Below, in pieces: positions 1-6,667 of a stretch of DNA of 64,000 nt; positions within the stretch are counted from its first letter, which is position 1; every line of letters starts with the position of its first letter. The stretch is from a virus, in the IMG/VR virus record IMGVR_UViG_3300028833_000004, one strand, 5' to 3'. The notes beneath the pieces were generated by a model. The model saw only the letters and a list, made by a program, of their open reading frames with translations. It was not told where the DNA came from and searched no databases. A program made the position numbers and the translations under genes.

Positions 1-25
1 GGTAATTGTGGAGTGCTAGCCCTAA

Positions 26-70
26 GGCCCATCTATGGAGCAGGACACAGTTCGATTCTGTGTATGGGCC
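26..70 (+). ncRNA. tRNA-like minihelix (acceptor-like helix plus canonical T-arm); not a complete tRNA
   Basis: GGCCCAT (26-32) is the exact complement of ATGGGCC (64-70). Between them CACAG(46-50)-TTCGATT(51-57)-CTGTG(58-62) is a textbook T-arm. The 13 nt left over cannot form D or anticodon arms. Confidence 0.3.
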
Positions 71-349
71 CTATGCCTATGAAACAAGATGGAGTCCCTG
101 CTGGATGCATGCGATTTAACGTCGCCTTGTATCAAGCAAGACTCGAATCCTTGGAGAGTTTCTTAGGCTCTAATCCGTATGCCGGGGAATACGAACTGGC
201 CTTATGCTGGGGAGTATCTCTGTCCGCGGCAATAGCCACCATGCATAAAATAATGGTTGGGATTAGAGCCGGGATACTTCAATCAAAATTCCCAATAAAT
301 GGGAAGAAGATTGGAGTAAAAGGAAACTATTATGTCGTATATAAGGCAT

Positions 350-1150
350 AACTCCTGCAGAGGGATGCGTATTCTGCATTACTCATAACGCATAACGATA
401 GATCTTAGCTATTACAAAACACCTCCTTGTAATAGCCGGACAAGTATAGGAGGTATAAATTCGACAGACTATGAATATGTATGTCGACATGGCTGTAGAG
501 CCTCACGGCCCTACGTCTGAGAATGACATCGGGATTGCCATTCTACAGGCGTTAGAATCAAGATTGGAGAGTCCTAATGCTTTCTAGGCATCTCCAATCA
601 AGTACTGTCTGTACGCAAATTCTGATGAGGACATAGCCTATTTGAGATCTTGGATTTGTAGTAATCTTAGATCTACAAATGGCAAATCTGTCCTATCAGA
701 ATTTGACTACGGTCAGTAGTAGGGCTCCTGAGTAAGACTCCGAGTGTAATGAGCTCGGGAACAGAAATCATCCCTGTATTGATATTGGTTTATCATACAG
801 GCCTAAAGTTGGCCGTACATGGACACCACTATGTGTAGGGCCTAAATTAAAGAGCATCATCTCTCTAAACTGTCTAGCGGCTTGACCACATCCTTTCGGT
901 ACTGGCGGTGAAAATCCAAACCGGGCTAGCAAGCAGCTCATCTTGTAAAACCGAGCCACCTAAGCATTCATATATGTGAGCTTTCGGCAGCAGCATGTAT
1001 GAAAGACGGGCATCCTCAATATGATGTAAAACTATTGACATCAGATAAGATGTAAAAATCCCCACTACCGGGGTGACATGGTACTCGGATTGTTAATTGT
1101 CTGGCCGAGCGGACTAGAGCAGTTCTTGACCCACGGGCTGTCGACGATCC
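350..1150. ncRNA. candidate large structured noncoding RNA or structured noncoding DNA (unclassified)
   Basis: No convincing ORF; only short, mutually overlapping ORFs in different frames. Many long helices: 408-417/427-436 (10 bp perfect), 562-570/591-599 (9 bp), 617-633/689-704 (16 bp with one bulge) enclosing 654-661/673-680 (8 bp), and 773-779/795-801 (7 bp). The strand is not determined. Confidence 0.3.
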
Positions 1151-1180
1151 ACATTTTATGTGGATATTTTGGGTATTCAT

Positions 1181-1849
1181 ATGGCAACAAAGAATATTAT
1201 TGCCGAAGTAATTAATGCGAGCAAAGATGCTCGCCAATTTAGTGAGGAAGAGCTTCAAAAGAAGCTTGCCTCTCTAAATGGGCGAGATGGCTCGCCCCTC
1301 AAAGCCGAAGAGGAGCTTTGGCTCCTCCCGGTGCTCCTTCCAAGCTGGAAGTGGAAGGGCATTGAGGGTGAATACCCTGCACTTCCAGCCATCAACCAGA
1401 ACGGACACCTGGTCGTAATAGGTCTTGGAAGCCTCGCTGGAGGTTCTGGGTACCTAGAGGATCCAGGCGAAGGAACCTGGGAAATTTCGGAGACCGGATG
1501 GTGGTATCTAAAACCGTCTGAGGTCCCCGAAGGTGGTAGCAGGGCCACCAAAGTCTGGGGGTTGTCGAGGAGTCTTAAAGACTCATTCAACGACAACCTC
1601 GAGCTCAGAGGGGTCGTATCCCTCAAAGTAGAGGAGGACGGCTATTGTTACGGGCCGAGGCTCGTAAAGGCCGGGAGTCCCGACGAGGGACGAGAGAGGG
1701 CAAGCCTGCGCTTTAAGCGCAACACCCATTTCTGGGAAGGCAAGGCCCAGCCAATAACCGCCATTCCGAGCAAACTTAAAAAGTTTGCAGAGAAGCTGGG
1801 TTTACCGATGGAATGGCTAAAACCATTCCCAGCTGACTTCTACTGCTGA
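1181..1849 (+). CDS. hypothetical protein (G+C-rich ORFan, N-terminus MATKN)
   Basis: Long ORF with 33/60 G+C at 1381-1440. I place the start at ATG 1181 because its first codons ATGGCAACnAAnAAT (MATKN) recur at the next ORF. A perfect 14-bp terminator follows. No motif recognised. Confidence 0.55.
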   Translation: MATKNIIAEVINASKDARQFSEEELQKKLASLNGRDGSPLKAEEELWLLPVLLPSWKWKGIEGEYPALPAINQNGHLVVIGLGSLAGGSGYLEDPGEGTWEISETGWWYLKPSEVPEGGSRATKVWGLSRSLKDSFNDNLELRGVVSLKVEEDGYCYGPRLVKAGSPDEGRERASLRFKRNTHFWEGKAQPITAIPSKLKKFAEKLGLPMEWLKPFPADFYC

Positions 1850-1850
1850 A

Positions 1851-1892
1851 ATAAAGGATCCTAGAGAAATCTAGGATCCTTTATTTTTTTTG
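1851..1892. terminator. intrinsic (bidirectional-type) terminator
   Basis: ATAAAGGATCCTAG (1851-1864) pairs perfectly with CTAGGATCCTTTAT (1871-1884). The loop is AGAAAT, with a T-run at 1885-1891 and an A-rich 5' flank. Confidence 0.85.
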
Positions 1893-1970
1893 GCGACTCA
1901 TCATGGCCCCAGGTACTTTATAGCGCATAAAGCGTATTATTATTTTTTTTTAATTTAATATTTTTATTGT

Positions 1971-2639
1971 ATGGCAACGAAAAATTCGTATCTGGGTGAA
2001 AAATTCAACCCAGCAGATGAGAGCGATCGTGCTCTCAAAGACATGAAGGCACTCGAATCAGTTAATTTTGAGCGCCAAGCTCCATTAACTGAAGGTGCAA
2101 CTTATATCCTCCTACCGCAGGAAAATACAGCGGCTGTATATACTATCCCAGGAGTTGGTGATAGAGTTTCTCGCCGATTCTGGGCAGTTGAGCTTAACCG
2201 AAAGAATGAGCCTGTATCTATACGTAGTATAGGCTATTCATCGATAGCCAAAATGGGATATCAAGAAAAGACTTCAGCTCAACCTGCTGCACCAGAGGTT
2301 CCTGCATATCAGGATAAAGAAGGAAAATGGCACCCGAAACGTGGGTTAAGTTATGTGTTCTCATGCGAGGACCACAACTTCATTAAGGCAAACCCAGAGA
2401 CAATGCTTATGGAGATAAAGACTCCTACGGCATTGAAAGTGATGCGTAGAGCCGAAGTGTGGGTTGCATCCTTTAAGGATCAAGCATTAGTAGTAAAGGA
2501 CGGGATGATTGTTCCTGAAGTAGATGACCGATTCGTGTTCTTCAAAACCCTCGTAGCCCCAACTGAAGATATAGTTGAGGCTTGCAAAAAGGTCCTTGAA
2601 AATGAAGACTCAATTCAAGACTGCCTTTACCTGTTGTAA
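1971..2639 (+). CDS. hypothetical protein (second ORFan starting MATKN)
   Basis: 222-aa ORF preceded by an AT-rich leader. It shares the MATKN start with 1181..1849. No motif recognised. Confidence 0.6.
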   Translation: MATKNSYLGEKFNPADESDRALKDMKALESVNFERQAPLTEGATYILLPQENTAAVYTIPGVGDRVSRRFWAVELNRKNEPVSIRSIGYSSIAKMGYQEKTSAQPAAPEVPAYQDKEGKWHPKRGLSYVFSCEDHNFIKANPETMLMEIKTPTALKVMRRAEVWVASFKDQALVVKDGMIVPEVDDRFVFFKTLVAPTEDIVEACKKVLENEDSIQDCLYLL

Positions 2640-2709
2640 GGGTAGTCTTGAAGGTAACACTTTTAAAACCGAAAATATTTCATATAAGTGTTATTTTATA
2701 AAGGGCCGA

Positions 2710-2770
2710 CCGAAACCAGCAGACGGTGAAATAGTTTATGCCATGTTTCGCCGTCTGTCTGATGATTCGG
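2710..2770 (+). other. long imperfect hairpin downstream of ORF 1971..2639
   Basis: CAGACGG(T)GAAA (2720-2731) pairs with TTTC(G)CCGTCTG (2746-2757). The outer pair is CCGAA (2710-2714) with TTCGG (2766-2770). There is no clean T-run, so its role as a terminator is uncertain. Confidence 0.4.
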
Positions 2771-2779
2771 TATTATTAT

Positions 2780-3330
2780 TAATGTATCTCCCTGAATGGT
2801 CAGGAGTATAAATATTGTTGACCAGGAATTTGTCAGTAGTATTGAAACTGTCAATATGTAGTTATATAACATCCGCAGTATTATACATTGAAATATGTAT
2901 AATTGTCTAACAAGTTATGTATAATAAGTTGAAGGTGAAATCTAAATCCTAATCCTGTATAGTTAGACTACAGGTAGCATGTGCAATACCTATAGGTCAT
3001 GCTGTGTGTATATACCCTAAGAGTATCTAGTTCCTATGCTTATAAATGGAAATGGTAGGGGTATTATACACACAAAAAATTGTATTTTGTTAATCAAAAG
3101 TAGTTCAGTATTAAAATGAAGCATAGCGGCTGGTAACCGATTAGAGAGTACCAGACATAGAGTGAAGTCTGTGTCGAAACACATTGCTATAGGAAGACCT
3201 CTATAGATAAAAGGACAATGTGTATGCAATTTCCTTACTGCATAAATCCGAGACTGTTGGTAACAGTTGAACTTCACAGACAGCTATATAGGTGGACTAA
3301 CCATCCGCATCTAGACTATATAGCTTTTTT
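2780..3330 (+). ncRNA. candidate ~0.55-kb structured RNA ending at an intrinsic terminator (unclassified)
   Basis: ORF-free on the + strand. Helices at 3004-3017/3059-3073 (14 bp, one bulge) and 3253-3258/3262-3267. It ends with the 3283-3330 terminator. The 5' end is a guess. Confidence 0.3.
3283..3330 (+). terminator. intrinsic terminator not attached to an ORF
   Basis: GCTATATAG (3283-3291) pairs perfectly with CTATATAGC (3316-3324), followed by TTTTTT (3325-3330). Confidence 0.7.
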
Positions 3331-3581
3331 ACTCATACCACTGTGATAGGTGGTATGGGTCCTATCTTGCTTTCTGATATACAATCAGTGGACAACTGCT
3401 TACTTTGAAGAATAAAGGTATGGCAAGAGCTGCACTCTTACTAGGTTCTTGAGTGATAACTTCAAAGCGCTGCGTTTATTAGAGCGTGGAAACAGAAATC
3501 TAATACTCTATTTCTTATTCAGAGTATAACTGAATATATCCCATCCGATGGTAGTGAAAACGATGTAAAACTAAACCTACC

Positions 3582-3607
3582 AATTTTTATTAACAATCTA
3601 AAAATTA
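3582..3607 (+). promoter_or_regulatory. 26-nt upstream motif copy 1 (AATTTTTATTAACAATCTAAAAATTA)
   Basis: Matches 3993-4018 at 25 of 26 positions. Ends 8 nt before ATG 3616. Confidence 0.4.
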
Positions 3608-3615
3608 TTAGTAAT

Positions 3616-3984
3616 ATGCAAACAATTATGTATCAAGATGAAAAAGGATATAGATATATCCCAGTTTTCCAACCAGAGTTATCAAACTTGTTTGAATATA
3701 CTCGAAAAAAAGTATATCACATCTATACAGATAATCCTAAATGGTGTGGAAAAATATTACCAGAAGTAGTAAATGACACATCTATAGACGTAGGTACAAG
3801 AACTTATTGGCTGGAGAGAACTAATAACTCCATAGAGTGGGGACTAAAACCTTATCACAAGATATCATTTAAAGACATTGAAGAATTAGATGAAGATATA
3901 TGTGAAATATATAATTTTGAGTCAATTGGAATTGATTCAAGTGGAGTTTATGAATATGAAATTATCTATCCCTATGATGATTAG
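3616..3984 (+). CDS. hypothetical protein
   Basis: AT-rich 122-aa ORF ending on TAG. It is preceded by the conserved 26-nt motif. Confidence 0.65.
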   Translation: MQTIMYQDEKGYRYIPVFQPELSNLFEYTRKKVYHIYTDNPKWCGKILPEVVNDTSIDVGTRTYWLERTNNSIEWGLKPYHKISFKDIEELDEDICEIYNFESIGIDSSGVYEYEIIYPYDD

Positions 3985-3992
3985 GGATAGAT

Positions 3993-4018
3993 AATTTTTA
4001 TTAACAATTTAAAAATTA
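3993..4018 (+). promoter_or_regulatory. 26-nt upstream motif copy 2 (AATTTTTATTAACAATTTAAAAATTA)
   Basis: Second copy of the motif. Ends 6 nt before ATG 4025. Confidence 0.4.
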
Positions 4019-4024
4019 AAAAAT

Positions 4025-4324
4025 ATGAAAAAAGTATATAACGTTGTTCATCACTATGATGTTGATGGCGGAATTGGATATGCCATCAGTCAAAAAGAAG
4101 TTCTATTTATAACTTCTGTCAAAAAAGTGGCAGAAGAATTTATAGATAAATATTCCCATGATCATGTCTATGATGTTCCATATTCAGAACTTCATATGGG
4201 ATTATTAAAAGTGGAAGAATTCAATGTAATAGAATCTTGGGAGGATATCCCCAAAAATATAATTGAATGGGGAGATGAAAACAAAAGTGAGACAGACAAC
4301 TATAATCCGGATGACTATCATTAA
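4025..4324 (+). CDS. hypothetical protein
   Basis: 99-aa AT-rich ORF preceded by the conserved upstream motif. Confidence 0.65.
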   Translation: MKKVYNVVHHYDVDGGIGYAISQKEVLFITSVKKVAEEFIDKYSHDHVYDVPYSELHMGLLKVEEFNVIESWEDIPKNIIEWGDENKSETDNYNPDDYH

Positions 4325-4382
4325 GATTATGAGTTTTCTATCTCAGACTGGTTAGATTGGTAATTATTAAAATATATAAATT

Positions 4383-4601
4383 ATGAAGAAGATATTGAAT
4401 TATATACTGTTGTACGGCACAATAGTGTACAGCTTGCTATTTTTAATGGCGGCAGAGTCATTAATCGAAAGCCTTCCCGCAATAGCCTGTATTATGATTT
4501 TAATACAGGCAACATTAATATTCTTATGTATAGGAATATTTGGAGATGGAAAGTGGCGTGAATATGTACCTAAATGGATAAGTAGGATGGATGAAGATTA
4601 A
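4383..4601 (+). CDS. small membrane protein (two hydrophobic segments)
   Basis: 72-aa ORF with the hydrophobic stretches ILLYGTIVYSLLFLMAA and AIACIMILIQATLIFLCIGIF. Confidence 0.6.
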   Translation: MKKILNYILLYGTIVYSLLFLMAAESLIESLPAIACIMILIQATLIFLCIGIFGDGKWREYVPKWISRMDED

Positions 4602-4804
4602 TTAAATCATGATATATCCTTATATAATGAAACCCTTTTTGACTAACCATTTATGGAGGAATAAATGGAAGCAGGTAAGAAGACATAATAGAAATTGACC
4701 AATTTTCATTATCCTGAGGATCTGGGTACACACAGTATCCTGAAAGTCTTCAATTTGTTCCTAAGAGAGTGATATCTGTTAGGGGCACTAACCCTGCAAA
4801 GGGA

Positions 4805-4878
4805 TTTGTCGTATTAATTTGTGTTTTTCCTGTCGAGAGAGTCTTAATCCTTATTTGGTTGGAAGATGGTTTAGAAGA
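4805..4878 (+). repeat. 74-nt repeat, module order A(4805-4840)-B(4841-4878)
   Basis: A is TTTGTCGTATTAATTTGTGTTTTTCCTGTCGAGAGA. B is GTCTTAATCCTTATTTGGTTGGAAGATGGTTTAGAAGA. Both modules recur at 6350-6423 in the opposite order. Confidence 0.9.
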
Positions 4879-5101
4879 CATGCGCGTGCGGTTATATAAG
4901 TAGTGTGTCTTCCGAGTAGTGTGTCTTGCGAACGACTCGGATGAACGACTACAAATTAACGTTTTTTTAGTAACTTGTTTGGGCATGTTAAGTCTTGGTG
5001 TTGATTTCATGTTCTCGAAGTGTCCGTTTGAGGTATATTCGGACGATTTTTATATTACTATTTCAAAAGTGGAGGCACCACGATAAAAACTGTTTATTGT
5101 T

Positions 5102-5383
5102 ATGTATTTATTGAACGCATTTAGTTTGCAGATGGTGGAAACACCTGTATCTGTGAAATTTTCTGAAATAGAAGTGAACGAATTGCCCAAAGAATTAACA
5201 TCAGCCATCGGGCATGCGGATACTGCTGCTGTTCTTGGTGTTGAATGCAATCGCATAAATGTTAAATTAGCAAAAGGCGATACCGCATACGTTGCCCAAC
5301 TGATGGGCGGACGACTCCCCGAAGGGAGCACAACTCTCCCCGAAGGATTCCACTTCAAGTTTATTAAGGTGGACGTTGAATAA
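5102..5383 (+). CDS. STIV B116-like / DUF1874 family small protein
   Basis: YLLNAFSLQM near the N-terminus, then SAIGHADTAAVLG...NRINVKLAKGDTAYVAQLMGGRLPEG. This parallels my recollection of B116 (FLTNAFSINM...NAIGHDST...NRVEVKMNEGDEALIIM..RLEEG). Confidence 0.7.
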   Translation: MYLLNAFSLQMVETPVSVKFSEIEVNELPKELTSAIGHADTAAVLGVECNRINVKLAKGDTAYVAQLMGGRLPEGSTTLPEGFHFKFIKVDVE

Positions 5384-5499
5384 ATCCCTTATTCAAAATA
5401 ATCAATACGTCAAAGAGCTAATAAATAGGATTTTTGACTAAAATGACAAATCATAAATCCTTAATTAAAAATTACTTATATTTATAAACCTACAATCAA

Positions 5500-5925
5500 A
5501 TGCCATTTAATGAGATGTGGGAAAGTTTAGTGAATATGTATAAGAGTACTGTAATGTTTCTCCGCTCAAATCGGAGAAATCGTCAAACAAAAATGACGAG
5601 GGGCGAATATTGTCCAGGAGAGCTTAAAAGTTCTCAGGCAATTCGCCAAATACTTTTTGATTTGAGAGGTAAGTTAATTCACTTTCCCAAGGATTCTTGG
5701 GTGTACTACATCTTAAGAGACCTTAAGATGGAAGAGTTCCGAAGAGGTGAAATAACCTACTGGAGATGTTGCCCGTACTTTGAGAGGGTGTACATTAACT
5801 TCAATGATGAAGCTAATTGGAACGAACTCCAAAGTACAGGTAAACTCTCCTGGGCTCGGGATGAGTATATATCATGGCTAAAAGCTGTGATGCCGCTCCG
5901 TTCTGAGATTATCCAGGTAGAGTGA
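5500..5925 (+). CDS. hypothetical protein
   Basis: 141-aa ORF with no recognisable motif. Composition is intermediate. Confidence 0.5.
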   Translation: MPFNEMWESLVNMYKSTVMFLRSNRRNRQTKMTRGEYCPGELKSSQAIRQILFDLRGKLIHFPKDSWVYYILRDLKMEEFRRGEITYWRCCPYFERVYINFNDEANWNELQSTGKLSWARDEYISWLKAVMPLRSEIIQVE

Positions 5926-6259
5926 TCTCCATCGGAGTTCCCACTACAGCAATGTGAATGGCAAGAGAGTGGGTGAAAGAGAGTTGCCCGCTGGTCACGT
6001 AAGACCACAGTCGAAGGTTACACGGAATCTTAAAGATGTAACCGAGTATTTAAAGTTGGGGACAAGTGATTGGTTTTGCTTGTACTTTCTAAATGGGTGT
6101 ACGCCATTCCGTCGGGAATAGTATTCTACTACCATTCCTTGTAAACGACCCGACGCTAAATAATAAACGTTCGACAACGGAAGGACTTGTGCTATCAGGC
6201 TGAACGGGCGGAAATATAGCAATCGCATGGGTTAGGTGCGTCCGTGCGGTTGCTTTTTT
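5926..6259 (+). ncRNA. candidate ~330-nt structured RNA or 3' UTR element capped by a terminator (unclassified)
   Basis: 32/60 G+C at 5941-6000. Helices at 6016-6022/6037-6043 (7 bp), 6110-6116/6149-6155 (7 bp), and 6048-6055/6085-6094 enclosing 6062-6066/6079-6083. The terminator lies at 6219-6259. Confidence 0.3.
6219..6259 (+). terminator. intrinsic terminator
   Basis: GCAATCGCA (6219-6227) pairs with TGCGGTTGC (6245-6253) over 9 bp, one of them a G-U pair. TTTTTT follows at 6254-6259. Confidence 0.65.
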
Positions 6260-6349
6260 GTTATGCACCAAAACGATTTGAACGGATGAAGAGTCTGAAA
6301 ATTTGGCTTGTCAATGTATCTAATTGGCAAGTTGTAGAACATTGCGGCG

Positions 6350-6423
6350 GTCTTAATCCTTATTTGGTTGGAAGATGGTTTAGAAGATTTGTCGTATTAA
6401 TTTGTGTTTTACCTGTCGAGAGA
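6350..6423 (+). repeat. 74-nt repeat, module order B(6350-6387)-A(6388-6423)
   Basis: B is identical to 4841-4878. A differs from 4805-4840 by one substitution (TTTTTCC versus TTTTACC). Confidence 0.9.
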
Positions 6424-6480
6424 CAGTAAGATCCTGTTGTGAAACAGTGTCTCTGGCATTTTAGATGTTAATAATATACG

Positions 6481-6508
6481 GGTATAGGAGTTTGAATACT
6501 CCCATACC
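6481..6508. repeat. conserved hairpin element, copy 1
   Basis: GGTATAGGAGT, loop ttgaat, ACTCCCATACC. This gives 10 of 11 bp. The flanks GGGTATAG... and ...ATACCTyCTAA are shared with copy 2. Confidence 0.8.
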
Positions 6509-6575
6509 TCCTAAAGTAATAAAGTTGTTAAAACTTTGCTGAGGCCGAATATACTCGCTTAGGCTTTGTTACTTG

Positions 6576-6603
6576 GGTATAGAGATTTGGTTATCTCTAT
6601 ACC
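6576..6603. repeat. conserved hairpin element, copy 2
   Basis: GGTATAGAGAT, loop ttggtt, ATCTCTATACC. This gives 11 of 11 bp. Three stem positions differ from copy 1 on both strands in a compensatory way. Confidence 0.8.
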
Positions 6604-6667
6604 TTCTAATTTAATTGAAGAATTTATTTGTTGTTTATTGGGTTGTTTTGTTGAAGTTTGTCATGAG

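Noticed and set aside
13-351. 112-aa + strand ORF, open to the window start
   Set aside because: Not called. It overlaps the tRNA-like minihelix, has no recognisable motif and sits in helix-rich sequence. It could still be the 3' end of a real gene upstream of the window, so it remains unresolved rather than disproved.
622-629. Hammerhead ribozyme core CUGAUGAG
   Set aside because: I could not place the matching CGAAAC/GUH elements and a three-helix junction around it. The motif instead sits inside a plain 16-bp long-range helix.
1102-1113. tRNA-Ser/Leu-like D-arm sequence TGGCCGAGCGGA (possible tRNA or att remnant)
   Set aside because: No acceptor, anticodon or T-arm can be drawn around it. 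A 12-nt resemblance alone is not enough.
4808-4816. T7-like promoter (TAATACGAC on the - strand of module A)
   Set aside because: Only 9 nt match, and the rest of the 23-nt consensus is absent. No single-subunit T7-type RNAP is evident in the window.
768-6429. Short ORFs in the island (768..959, 874..1065, 1016..1258, 1255..1626, 3017..3277, 4750..5010, 5050..5358, 5757..6008, 5995..6228, 6089..6271 on the - strand; 2575..2811 and 6244..6429 on the + strand)
   Set aside because: They overlap each other or better ORFs in different frames. They have odd composition (Cys/Arg/Ser-rich) and no start context. Several are antisense shadows of 1181..1849 or 5102..5383.
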